64,000 nucleotides of DNA from positions 42,658,001 to 42,722,000 of the forward strand of contig CM052817.1 in assembly GCA_028534125.1 (NCBI GenBank). Direction: 5' to 3'. The notes under the pieces are model-generated. The model was given only the letters and a program-made list of their open reading frames with translations. It did no database searches and was not told where the DNA came from. Positions 49,250 through 62,295 of this stretch are shown piece after piece. A program made the position numbers and the translations under genes. Numbering within the stretch: position 1 is the first letter of the stretch; each line of letters opens with the position of its first letter. This stretch comes from Lama glama (taxonomy: Eukaryota).

Positions 49250-50100
49250 TGAAGTATTTCTTTCATCTATCTTTTGGCTGGCTGAATTTTGGCATAGAAG
49301 CATACTCCTTTTTCTGTTTTGTTTTTTTTTTTTCAATTTTAATAACAGGCTCCTTGTTCTAAGTTTTTACATTCTTGATAACATCTCTCTTCTCATTTAA
49401 ACTTGAAGGACAATTGGGCTAGATATAAAGTTCTTGAGTCATAATTTCTTTTCCCCTAAACTTTTTGCTTCTTTGTCTTCTGGCACTGAATGGGGCATTG
49501 AGTGGAGTCTCAGACCAATCACATTCATTTGTCTTGTCTAATTTGCTTTGTAACTTCCCACCTGCCAGGATGCTCTTAGGATTTATTTCTTTATTCTCTT
49601 AGGTTACTAAACTCACCAAAATACATTTTGGTACTTAACATTAGATATCAGTTTGTCCAAAGGGCACTGTATGCTGTTTTATCTGCAAATTAAATTCTTT
49701 TCATTCAAAAAAGAAAATTATTTGTTTATTTAATTTATTTTGTTCTTTTGGGGTACCAACTATGCATTTGTTGGATCCCTACTGATGAATTTTTATTTCT
49801 TTTATCAACTTGATAGTCATTTTCATGTTCTTATTCTTTCCTAGTGTGTTTTGAGAAATTTTCTCTCGCCTATTCCCTCCAAGCCTATTTGTGTCCCTGA
49901 CATTATTTATTAGTGTTTATTTAGCTTTTGGTGCTTCCAGTATAGCTCATGGATAGTAGAGAATTCTTGTCTCAATTTTGTTTTGAATGAGTTCTTCCAA
50001 GCCCATCCACGCTTTGTGTCATACCTTTCTTTAAGTCACATTTATTCTAGTTTTTGTTGCTTCCAACATAGATTCATGTCTCTACTCACATTTACTTTGA
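49250..50100 (-). mobile_element. Very old L1/HAL1-like fragment
   Basis: T-rich degenerate motifs TTGAAGGACAATTGGGCTAGATATAAAGTTCTTG; GTACCAACTATGCATTTGTTGGATC. Confidence 0.55.
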
Positions 50101-50137
50101 CTTCCATTTCTATTTTAAGCTCTCCTTCATAACTTTT

Positions 50138-50622
50138 TTTTTTGCATTTAGTGAATTTTAATGTTACTTTTCTGTTGTTTAGTCTTTCATCCTTGAGTAT
50201 TGAGAATAGAAACTACCATGTTTATCATACTTACTTTGATTTTAACTTTTTTTTAAAATTGAAGTACAGTCAGTTACAGTGGGTCAATTTCTAGTGTACG
50301 GTACAGTGTCCTAGTCATGCATATGCATATATATTCATTTTCATATTCTTTTTCATTAACTGTTATTACAAGATATTGAATATAGTTCCTTGTACTATGC
50401 AGAAGAAATTTGGATGACTGGATAAAGAAGTTGTGGTACATATATATACAATCGAATAATAGTACTCAACCATAAAAAAGAATAAAATAATGCCATTTGC
50501 AGCAACATGGATGGACCTAGAGATCATTCTAAGTGAAGTAAGTCAGAAAGAGAAAGAAAAATACCATATGATATTACTTACATGTGGAATCTAAGAAAAA
50601 GAGAAAAAAGAGGACACTAATG
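50138..50622 (-). mobile_element. Lineage-specific L1 insertion with 3' transduction and 5' inversion
   Basis: TSD TCATAACTTTT at 50127-50137 and 50625-50635; two T tails; antisense L1 3' UTR 50247-50410; sense L1 segment 50411-50622. Confidence 0.85.
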
Positions 50623-50724
50623 CCTCATAACTTTTAGTCTCTTTTTGTTGCTACTTAATTTTCTTTGTATCATTGTGTCTCCTTTTTCAACTGTTTCTCT
50701 GTATGGGTATGCATATATAAGATA

Positions 50725-51053
50725 TATACCTTAGTCTATTCAGGATGCTATTAAAAAAAATATCACAGACTGGGTAGCTTATACACAACAGAAATTTATT
50801 TCTCACCACTTCAGAAACTGGAAGTCCCAAATCAGGGTGCCAACATGGTCAGATGAGGCTCCTCTTCTGGGTTGCAAGACTGTTTCCTCACACGGCAGAA
50901 AGGGAAGGAGCCAGAGTTCTCTGGGGTCTCTTTTATAAGGGCAGTAATAAAAGGTCCCAAATGTCCTGCCTCCTAATACCTAATACATCACATTGGGCGT
51001 TAGGATTTCAACACATGAATTTGGAGGGAAACACAAATATTCAAGCCAGAGCA
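50725..51053 (-). mobile_element. MLT1A-type MaLR LTR
   Basis: CACAGACTGGGTAGCTTATACACAACAGAAATTTATTTCTCAC...TTAGGATTTCAACACATGAATTTGG. Confidence 0.85.
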
Positions 51054-52539
51054 GCAACATTTGTCCGTCTGTCTATCTACCTATCTAAGAGAGAGTTGTA
51101 ATTTCTTTGAGAGTATAGACAATTATTTGTCAGATAATTATCTGTGTCTCTTTGGATGATTACTTTCGTGATGTACGTCTAACACTTATTGAACATTTGC
51201 TATTTGCAGACACATTTCTAAGCCCTTTATGCTAATGATCTCATTTAATATAACTGCTTCATTTGCTTTGCATATGCTATTCTCCCCTCCCCCTTCTCCT
51301 CCTTCTCCTTCTTCTTCCTATTTCTTATTCTTCTCCGTCTCCATCTCTTCCTTCTCCTTCTTCTTCCACATTTTTTTCTAAGTATTAGTCAAGTTTGAAG
51401 GACTATGACAAGTTACTTACAGGAGATTGTAAAGCACTGTGGCCACGAAGGAATTGCAGAATAAGCTGAAGGTGGCAACAGACTCCCTCAGTGTTCTTAC
51501 AGCCAGTGTTACACACAGAAAAGCACTTTATTTCCAGTGCAACATGGCCCTCACCACTTTTTCTCCCTTCACTCTGTTGCACCCCGCAGTGGCAAATTCA
51601 CCACACACACCCCCCTTCTTTTCTCAACCATGCTCCATCTTAAACCAGGAATTGCAAACTCAAGTGTCTATAAGGACCAGATATATAGACATTATAACTA
51701 TACCAGCTATGATAAGCCAATTTATTATTTACATTTTAAAAAGTCTTAAGGATTATATACTAACACACTTGCTCAATCTTATTAGAAACGCTAAAAACAA
51801 GTTACAAACAGAAAGGCAAATCACATATATACACACATATAACACAATAAAAAATAAAAGTATGAAAAACAGAGACAATGCACTGATCTCAGTAAAACAA
51901 AGAAGCTACTACAATGCTAAACCACAAACTATTAAGCAAACCAACCAAACACTGAGAAAGCTTCAGGAAACAGAGGCAGCATACAAAGGAGCAACATGTC
52001 ATAGTTCTGACCTCGGGCAGGACACAGTTCTTCCCACCAATAAATGTCCCATCCTGAAGGGCATATCCAGTAATCTACATATCCGTCTATCTTTCAAAAA
52101 GTTCCTCAGTGCTTACTCTCCTTACTGCTGTGGTTTATACAGTCACACTCACCTCTTTGGAAAAACGCATTTTATTTTTCTTAAGGTAGGGAGAGTAATA
52201 GCAACCATTAATTCTACTGATTCTTGTAAAGTGTGACTAAGTATTATCTGCTAGCTTAGTAGCTGTCAGTTTGTAGGTCTCAGAGCTGTTTCTCTTTTGT
52301 CAACACATCGAAGGTAGATCATGAGCTTTCCTGACAAATTACATAGTAACAAATAAACATAACGTTTCCTTTCCACTTTACATGAAATGTTACTAACTCA
52401 GAGCGACAACACTGATTCCTAATGTTGATTTGAAAATCTGGATGGCAGTTACTATGATTTTGATTAAGGTTTAAGTGGTATGGCATCTGAATTATTTGTT
52501 GACAAATTCATTTTATTTTATAGACCAAACTTTTCAAAA

Positions 52540-52925
52540 CATGAGACTCATATTCACTGCAGTGCATCTTATTATAATAAATGAAAGTTTTAAATCAATA
52601 CAGATGTCCAGCAGTTTTGAGATATTGAAGTAAATGTTAAATAATCAGTAAAAATACTGGTTTTGAAACATTTAATAAAATATAAAATGTTCAGCATATA
52701 ATCATAAGAAAAAAACAGATACAAAATCATATTTACATTATCTCAATTTTAGGAAAAAAAACATAATCTATACATAAAGTAACTCTGACAAGAAATACGT
52801 TATCTGTTAATAGTGGTTATTTCTAGGTTGTGCAATTACGGGATGAGCTCTAAGTTTCTTCTTTACATTTTCATTGAATCTTCTAAGTTGTCTCCATTAG
52901 AGTTTTTATTTATAAAAAAACTATT
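52540..52925 (+). mobile_element. L1ME-type 3' end
   Basis: TGTTAATAGTGGTTATTTCTAGGTTG motif and degenerate flanks. Confidence 0.6.
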
Positions 52926-55900
52926 AAAAATTGGGTTTTATAATAAAGACAAATAAAATTTTATAAAAAGTGATCTATAGAAGAAAAAGTGGAAAAATAG
53001 CCCCTGGTAATGAAAAAGTTTGGAATTACTGCCTTAATGCTGTAATGGAAATTAGCAAGATAAAAGAAAGGTAAATTACTTACTTCCAAGATGACTCCTG
53101 AGCCTCTCTTTAGGATTTAATCCTCATTAACCATAACCAACCCCTTTGTTTCTTGACCAGCTAGAAGAATAGTCAGTCTCAACATAAAGAGACATGGCAT
53201 GCCTCTTTTAATTCTGAAAACAAACAAGGTTAAATGAATAACATTAATGAAAATAATCACAGGAATTATAATTTTTTAAATTAGCACATTTTTGCTGTAT
53301 TACATTTTATCTTTCATTGAATAACTGAAATATACTTCAGGTTGAATGAAATATACTTAGGTAAACTCTTGTGTTTTCTAGAGCTTCCAACATTTATGCC
53401 ATATTCGCTAGTAATAATAACAATACCAATAATACTAATAAGAAATATAGTATGTCTAAAGCACTTTTGAAATGAAAATCTTATTATACAATTTAGTTTT
53501 TATCTAATGAATCAACTAGAAATTATTAAATGCAGTATATATGGTCTTAACTGAAACAAGAAACATTTAGAAAAGAAATAATTTAGTTCTTAGTTGAAAG
53601 TACCCTAGAATAACAATAAATATAGATTTTATGTTAAAATGACTGAGCCTTCCAATTTAATAAGACTATTAATTCATTTCCAGGTTTTAGGTAAAGAAGA
53701 GTTGCCTACGCCCAATTTTAAGCATTACCAATCCTCACAATTCAATGAAGAGATAAAACTGGCAGCTGAGGCAAAGGAGAAAAGTCAGCACCCTGGTGGG
53801 TGCTCTGTTCATTACTGCCTAATACCAGTCAGAATTCATTACAGTTCCAGAAAGCTCTCTGGAAAGAATTTGATTAGATATCTGAAAGAAATTCTTTAAA
53901 TATCTAATAATTTTGGAAAAGGATCTAAACTATATTTCAGGTAGATAAAACACACTTTAATAATGGTTGTTTTGTTGCTGGACTTGCTTTAGAAAAAGCA
54001 TGTTGAACAATTCCACTGTTAAGACTATATGTGTGTATATATTTTGTTCCTATACGAATTCTTCTCCAGGGAAAGCCTGTACTTTAAAGCATCCTGGTAT
54101 GTTTCCAAGGCTCCTGTTCTCAGTCAGAAACAAAGGTGAGGTCAGTAAGGGAACCTCAACCTATTCAGCACTGGGGTCTTTGTCAGCTATCACCAATGGC
54201 AAGGTTTATGACAAATGAGGAGCCAGACTTCCAGCTGAATTTCAGTGTAGTTATTTTTGTTTTAATGTATGTGTGAATCAATTAATCCTGTCATAGAAGG
54301 GCATCGTAAACTGTGTGCCAGAGTTAATGAGTCAGCCATTATCACATCATTACACCAGCTGGCATAATGTAGCATGTGTTGTTTGTCATAATATACACTG
54401 CCATGCTTAACAACCATTAATTGTTTACATGAACAGTCATATTTTTCTTCAAAGAACCTTCAGCGACTGGTTAATATTTTGAAGGCTTTTTAAGTGAATA
54501 ACTATTACAAAGAAAAGACACTCTCACTAAGATAGCCCACAGAATAAGAAACTAAAATGAGGAGAAGACATTTGGAAGACAATGAAAGTCTCGGGGACCT
54601 TTCAAATAAAATCTCAACATTGCAGAATCAACTAAATTGTTAAGACCGACTTGCACAGCTGATTCAACTGTCACTAGAAACGACCTCCTAAATGAAGGGA
54701 AAGATACTGTCTTAAGAAAAAGTTGGTGAGGTGGAATTCCTATTAGTATGAATCAATGAGGTTTGTACCCATGATTCATGTATTACTACCAGGACTTCCT
54801 GACAGAAGATAAAATCATGCATTTATAGTTTTTTTTAACCATTGTTAAAATCTTGGTTACTGTGATTTTCTTGGCTGAAGAAAGGCAGTATGTGGTCATC
54901 ACAGTCCAAAGTAATAGTTTACCAGTTTTCTGGAGATTAATTTTAGGTGACTTCTGAATGTTTTCATTGACCACATGGCTTTCTCCAGCCAAACATAGAT
55001 ATCACAAATAAAAGTAAAGTTTCCGAAAGCATCAGAAGCAGAAATCACAGCAACGTTTCTCTGCTTTAACTCAAAACTTTTTTTCTCAGTGGAGATTTGG
55101 TCATTGGTTAACTATCTCTAAGTTAGTCAATGAAATTTAATAGAAACACAAATTTAATAAAACCAAGAATGATTTTACAAGCAAGTAAGAAACTGAATAC
55201 AAGTAAGGAATATTATTAGACTGAACGTAAATAATGAAAGAACCCCAATAATGTACAGGAAAGTTTTCTGCTAAGAGTATACAGTACAAGCTACTACAAT
55301 TGTTGTCTCAGTAGTACTCCAGTTTTTCTTTTTAATTGTTGGTATAGAACAGTAAAATTGACTACAGAGACTTTCTGTTTGGGAAGAATTATTCCTGCTT
55401 TTTTGAGAATTTCATTCTTAGGCACTTAGTTTCAGAAGTACACATGCCATCATATATCATATTTTTATTTTTATAAGTGCAAACATGCACACACATATCT
55501 TTGCATTTTAAACTGGCAAAGCAAGCTTTTGTGCTGTCCTCTATAGTGGTTATTCTATTTAATCTTCACCTGAATATATTCTTCAGTGACACAGCTGCAG
55601 TACTTAAACAAGGAAAAGCCAATACAGAATTATCTATGGTTTATTTTGTTAAAGAAGTTTTTTCAAACTTAAAGGTATGTAAGCGTTACCTATGATGGTT
55701 AGTAAAAACACAAATTCCCAAAGAGTCTGATTCAGTTTGTGTTAATTACTATATTAATTAATTATTAATATTGTTATATTATTAATTATTATATTAATTA
55801 TTAATCATTGTATTGATTATAGATAAACTAGAACTTAGAATCTACCTTTCAATAACTCCCTATATGATTATGGTATAAACATAGAGACAAGGTTTCTAGG

Positions 55901-56335
55901 GTGTAAGTAAAGAAATAATAATAACAAAAAAGTAGAAATGTAGTAAAAATGAAGGAAAATAATAACTCTGAACCAATCAATACCACAAAACTTCAAAGAT
56001 ATTTTACATTTCATCAAAAAGTAATATCCTAAGGCATTAAAATATTTCAAAACACACCATGTTTTTAAAATGTGTTAATGTTAGAATTCTGATGTATTCA
56101 TGTATCAAAAATATAAAAAGTAAAACATACGCATTAATCCTTTCTGTAATTTGATGATCTACAATTAGGTAAAAGTATTTCCATAGAGCCCTATTTTCTC
56201 TGCAGCATCAGTACTTTCAGAACTTGAGGTGGCGAATAACATTTAAAATAAGCCTATGCTCTCTAATTTATTCTCCAAAAACATCACAGTGATCTAGTTA
56301 GCACTACAACTGTTCCACAGAACTAATGGCAACAT

Positions 56336-56416
56336 ATAGACTGAACCAAGTGAAATTGCCAGCAGTCGTCTATTCTTGACCCACAAAATATGGCGATTTC
56401 ATTTAGTTCAACCTAA
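56336..56416. mobile_element. MADE2-like mariner MITE (~80 bp)
   Basis: Inverted ends TAGACTGAACCAAGTGAAATTGCC / GGCGATTTCATTTAGTTCAACCTA with TA flanks. Confidence 0.75.
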
Positions 56417-56639
56417 TATGAGCAGTGGAAAATATCTAAATCACCTAGTGAGTCCTGAGCTAGAGTCCCTGACACTGGAGACCACAGTGACATTTTAAAT
56501 AGGATAAGCCATGAGAAAAAGATTCACGAAGGCAAATTAGTCCCTTAGCTACTCCAGATTATGTCTCACATGATGGGTGAAATACAAATGGAAATGTGAG
56601 CCTTCCTTGGAAATGAAGCAAAAAAGGCTGTAAGAGTTT

Positions 56640-56945
56640 CTTGCCTTGGGGCCTTTCCACCTCCTGGTCCTTTGCCTAGACTATTCTTCGGAGTGACTGG
56701 CTTCAGGTCTCAGATTAAATGTCAGCTCTTCAGAGACTTTGTTACCCATCTGATTTAAAGTAAGTCCTCTCCAGTCCATTCTCTCTCATGGGACCTTACT
56801 ACATCACAATTTGTGATTATATATTTTTATTTTTGCTCATATCACAATAGTCTGCCTCTCCATGTGTATTCTAAGCTCAAGGAAGACAAGAATCATGTCT
56901 GTAGGTGCACAATGAAAATGTGTTCCATGAATTCTATTAATATAC
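56640..56945 (+). mobile_element. L2 3' fragment
   Basis: TTCAGGTCTCAGATTAAATGTCAGCTCTTCAGAGA...TAAGCTCAAGGAAGACAAGAATCATGTCTG. Confidence 0.65.
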
Positions 56946-58659
56946 AAGCATCCAAATCCCTGTTTGTTTGTTTGTTTGTTTGTTTTACCATTTAAAGTGT
57001 TAGGGATATTCCATTTTACCAAATAAACATAATGGAAAAGCAACCCCATTTTCAAAAGTAACTTCAAATAATTCAATTGCATGTAAATAAGAACACTAAA
57101 AGAGAAATCACTTTGAAAACTGTTAGCATCATCCACCAAATAGTATTATTCTAGTTGGCAAGATATTTTGTAATGTTCTGCAAACAAGATACTTTAGCAG
57201 CAAAACTCAGACCTATATTGATTTTGAGAAGGTTTGTAGCAGCTTAAAGGAAGCTATCAAATTTGACCAAGTAGAAAGGTAAACTTATTACTTGGGATAG
57301 AAAAATGTAAAATGTATTGCTCACATGATGATCAACTGGTTAAAGGGTAATGATTGCCTGGCCAGCTCCTATGGGGTACTGCTGTATCAGCATCATATAA
57401 TATTGCTATGTGCACACGCTACAGTGTATGTCAGTCATGAGAGATCGTTGTTCATGTAGCTACCGTCTTGAAGGTTAGACAAAACAGGTGTGTTGCAAAG
57501 ATAAAAATAGAAACTCAGACAGAAAAAAAAAGGCAGAAAAGAAAGGAGACAGGGAGGGAGAGAAGGAAAAAGGGAAGGAAGGCAGGCTCTGGAAGTGTAT
57601 TGACGATGTAAGAAAAATACTTTCACAAGTAAATGATAGCACATCTAATTTGTTCAATATTCAATGAATTCAACAACAACAAAAGCATGATTTCAATGAA
57701 TCTGATGCCTTGTCTTTCTGTTTAGACACTTGGATTAAAAAATTGTTCTAATAATTTCGACAAACTGATTTTTATTCATGGAATATTCAGGTGATCACTG
57801 CAGTTCTGATGTTTTTCATAATCACTCCTACAAACGTTTATGAAAATATTTTTATTGGAATTTTCAGAAAATCATTACCCTTTTAGAGGGATAGTGAAAA
57901 GCTGATCTGAGCTAGATTACTATCAATTATATGGACATTAAATTTTCAAAAATCCCACCTTCAAGGTGATAAAAGTTTTTTACAGGTTTATAGTCCTGCT
58001 TCTTTCTTTACGACTATCACATTTATTAACACACTCAATTATATCTATTGAATACATGCCTAATTTTGTTACAAGTTTATCCATATACCCAAATAGCAAA
58101 GATGTGGAAAAGAAAACTAAAGAAGGTTATCTTGGAATCTAGCATCCCTGGTAATCATCCGCCTGTGGCTGGGGCACTGCAATCAGCTCATGGCTTTTTG
58201 CCTCCTTTGTGAACTTTACAATACTCACACACTGAATTCCTAATAGACTCTGACACAATTACTTTCTTAATTTTAAACTATGAATAAATCAATGCCCAGG
58301 AAATAAAGTAACACCTCAGTTTTTGTGTATGTGTGAGACGGTAGAAATAATTTATCTCTCATCCCCGATCACAGATCACAACTTTGCCTGTGATCTTAAA
58401 TTGCCTCAAAATGGTCATAGAACTCTTTCAACATCTGATAAATGTAGTGTCTCTAATTTTTAATGATCAGAGATGTACAATAGATCTTTCAGGGAAATGA
58501 TTTTGTTTCAGACCTATTTCCAGTGTAAGTTCCTCGGTAAAGCCTGCTAATTGCCAAATTATGCCTTTGATTCCAAGGATGCTATATCTCACTAAGTGTC
58601 AGCTTGAAGTCATCAATAACAACAACATGCCAGTAACACTGATGTCAGCTCCATGAAAG

Positions 58660-59035
58660 CACTGCCCTACTTCAGGATCTGTGCGCTCTCAGTCCCTCTG
58701 CTTGGAGTGCTCTTCCGCAGGCAGCCAGGGCTCCTTCCTCACCTCTCTGGTCTCTGCTCATTAGGTCTTTTCTGACCACAATCATGAAAATTGCAAATGA
58801 TTACTACTCTCCATTTCCATCCCCTGAATTATTTTCCTCCATGATATTGCATTCCAGCCAACTCTCTCTCTCTCTCTTTCTCTCTTTCTCTCTCTATGTA
58901 TATATATATAAACAGCTTCATGTAAGCAGAGATTTTTGTGTATTTGGTTCACTGCTGTTTCTTAGTGTCTAAAAGATGCACAATTAATATTTATTGAACA
59001 TATAAATGAATTAATGGATGAAAAAATGAATGAGT
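58660..59035 (+). mobile_element. L2 3' end with (CT)n/(TA)n tract
   Basis: GCAGAGATTTTTGTGTATTTGGTTCACTGCTG...AATATTTATTGAAC...TGAATGA. Confidence 0.7.
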
Positions 59036-59036
59036 G

Positions 59037-59234
59037 ATATAAAATAGATGAACAACAAAGACCTACTGCATAGCACAGGGAACCGTATTCAATTTCTTAT
59101 AATAACATAATGGAAAACAATCTGAAAAGAAAATATATATGTTTGTATGTGTATAACTGAATTGCTTTGCTGTGCACCTGAAACTAACATTATAAATCAA
59201 CTATACTTCAACAAAAAATAAAATTTAAAAAAAA
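59037..59234 (+). mobile_element. Cetartiodactyl-type L1 3' end
   Basis: GACCTACTGCATAGCACAGGGAAC...CACCTGAAACTAAC...TAAATCAACTATACTTCAA plus A tail; AATGAATGA on both flanks. Confidence 0.85.
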
Positions 59235-59924
59235 GAGAATGAATGAACACAAATAGCAGCAATCAAAATAATGACCTTTGATGACAAAATATAAACGTCT
59301 ATGAAAGGTGTGTATCACAAGTGATTTTGTGTTATGTTGGGGAGCAACAAGCAATAATACAAATATATTTGGGGAAGACTGCTTAACACAAGTTTTCATA
59401 GAAGGAAAGAAATTATAGTTGACCACAAGCAAAGTTGAACGCAGGTAAAAGCTAGCAAGTAATGTGTATTTGTTTCATTATTTGGAATTAATCAGACCTG
59501 TGTTAAAGACTCTTATTTTAAGTATAAAAAATATCTAAACACTAAGTAACAATAATCCACTTAATTAAGAAATGTTATTAAACTTTAGTGTCCATAGCAT
59601 GCTTCCTGAATGCTTAGTATTCTGCTAAGTCTGGCTGCCACACAGCATTTGGCAGTATCACAAAGCTCCTACTGTGCATACACATGCAGATAGCTGGAAT
59701 TCCCACAGTTTCCATGGAGAATTCTTTGATTTTGCTTTTAATGCATCATTGGTGCTATTCTTGCTGTTTAGCTATACATTTCTATTACTTTCAGCTTCAT
59801 CATTATCATAGTATCATTCACACAAATGCTGATACCTACTTCTCATAGACAGTCTGTTTGTCCTTTGAAGTTCTTTTTTCTTATAATGTTCCATTAAGAG
59901 ATGTGTTTTTAAAATATTCAACCA

Positions 59925-60400
59925 ATGTTCATCAAAAAATACCATTAAGAGACTGAAAAGGCAACCCACAGAGAAGGAGAAGGTATTAACACATATACTC
60001 AACAAAGGACCCTATCTCCAGAACACACAAAGAATTCCTATAAATAAATAAGAAAAATATTGGCAACCCAATAGAAAAATAGTCAAAAGGCTTGTACAGA
60101 CACTTCAAAAAAGGACATCAAAAAGTCCAACAAACATGTGGAGAAGTGTTCAATTTTATTAGTCATCCAAGAAATGAACATTAAAATCACAATGTGATAC
60201 CACTACACACACACCAGAATGGCTGAAATGCAACGGCTTTAATATTAAGTGGCAGGATGTGGAGCAGTCAGAACTCTCATACACTGCTGGTGAGTGTAAA
60301 TTTGTATAACTTTGAAAACTCTTTGACAGTATCCTTTAAAGCTGAATATTTGCATACCCGTGACGTAGGCCTTGGCATAAACCCAGTAGAAATGGATTCG
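59925..60400 (+). mobile_element. Old L1 ORF2 3' fragment
   Basis: TTAGTCATCCAAGAAATGAACATTAAAATCACAATGTGATACCACTACACAC...GAACTCTCATACACTGCTGGTG. Confidence 0.8.
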
Positions 60401-60599
60401 ATGAAGTCCTACTATCTCAACAACCAGAGCCGATAAACACATAACCTAACCATCCCCAGTGTGCATGTGCAGTGACACTTTGCGATTAGCAACACATGTC
60501 CCCCCCTCCACTGGAAAGGAGTGGGTAGTTCTTTCACTCTGCCCATTTGGTAGAAGAGCTACTGGTTGAGGCTACAAATGAAAAGGCCATGGGTAACTC

Positions 60600-60767
60600 C
60601 AGGGCCCACTTCAGGGGTATGTAACCCATGCTTCATACACCCTCTCAGAAGGGCCTGAGTTTGATTTAATGGTCTCCTGTTTCCATCTTGAAAGTCTTCA
60701 TAATTTTTGAACAAGGAACTCATATTCTCATTTTGCACTAGGCCCTGCAAATTATGTGATAATCCTG
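60600..60767 (+). mobile_element. MER45A (hAT-Tip100)
   Basis: CAGGGCC start, ...CATTTTGCACTAGGCCCTGCAAATTATGT...CCTG end; near-duplicated flanks GGTAACTC / GTTAACTC. Confidence 0.8.
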
Positions 60768-61759
60768 GGTTAACTCATTTGTCTTTTTTAAGTATCTAAA
60801 GTGGTCTCCATAGTTAGAAATTAAGCGGAAACAAGCTTATATTTTGATAGGAGAGACTGTTTAGAAATAATAAAAGGCCTAGGAGTTCAGTAAAATCGTG
60901 CCACACATACGCACACTCAAATAGATGCCAAAAAAAGAACTGATAAAAGAAATATATTACTAGGATAAGTAATAACAACTTTTAGATTGAAGAGAATAAT
61001 TATTAAGTACTTATCACGAAAAGGTAGGTAATCAAGCCAAGTAATATGGCATATCCCTCCTACCTGCACAATTCTGGGACATGTTTCAGCAACTTCCCAT
61101 TCATTTATCTTACCACATCAGAAAAACATGTTTACAGAAAATATTCCCTTAAAAATTTGAAAACATAGGTTAAGGGTGTGAATTAATTCGAAGGCATGCA
61201 ATTCGTTCATTTATCCATCCATCCACCTTCTAATCATACATTCATTCACTCACTCATCTCTCCACTCATCCCATTGGCAACAACAGGAATACAAATATAA
61301 ATAGAAATCTGAAAGAAGATACAGCATATCTATAAGCAAATGTCAGACATGGTAGAAAATATATTCTAAGAGACATATTTATTGTTCAGTAAGTTCAGAG
61401 GAAAAGCAATTACTTTGGTGTGGGAGAAATCAGAGCTGCTTTTATAGGAAACAACAGTCTCCATATTGGGATTTGAAAGCTAGCTGGGCTTTGGATGTGC
61501 ACAGAGATTTGAAAGATTTTTTTTTCTTGTTCCTTCTATAATACCTAACACAGGTATCATCTGCTCTAGAAAATTTTCCTGCACATTTTTCTACCTGCTA
61601 TCATAGATAGACTGAGCCTCGGATGTACGTATAAAATGGGATAATATTTTCCAATAAAATATAATATGCTTAATAGGAATCCAATAAAAATTAAAATTCA
61701 GTAAATGTCAGTTACTTACCTGAGACCTTCCTCCAAGGTCTTTTTTTGCCTTTGAAGTT

Positions 61760-61955
61760 CAGCATAGTGAGTGGTTCTGAGTACAGACTCTAGAATTTCA
61801 GGTCTGCCTGGGTTTGAACTCCAGCTCCAATTCTTACTGGCTCACAAATGGGAGTAAGTTACCCTCATCTTCCTTTACCTGTAACATGGGGATAATAGTA
61901 TACTCCTTCATATAGGGTTATTGTGAGGATTAGAGGAGTTAATACATTTAAATGA
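61760..61955 (+). mobile_element. MIR SINE
   Basis: CTGCCTGGGTTTGAACTCCAGCTCC...CTGTAACATGGGATAATAGTA...TTGTGAGGATTA. Confidence 0.8.
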
Positions 61956-62295
61956 TGTGTATTATTATGCTATTATTCCAGACACTACAGTTAGTATTTT
62001 ATGCATAGTTTGTGCATTATATGATTTTAGAGGCATTGGTAATAATCCTAGCCTTAAAAATCACCTTTTCTTATTCATTTCTTGTTGCCTTAATCTTCAC
62101 CATCATAGATTCATTTCTTTGCTTTAAATCTTGTATGTCCTTTAAAATTGAATTTATAGTTTAAACTTGAGGGAAGGGATTATGTTTGATTTGTCTTTGT
62201 ACTTCTCTAACTTCTCCAGGACCTATCATACTTTCCGCACTCTTGCCCCTTATACACAACCTTGAACAAAATAGTTAAAGTGATCCTATTAAAAT

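Noticed and set aside
55740..55822. AT-only quasi-palindromic tract
   Set aside because: Low-complexity slippage product with no distinctive structure.
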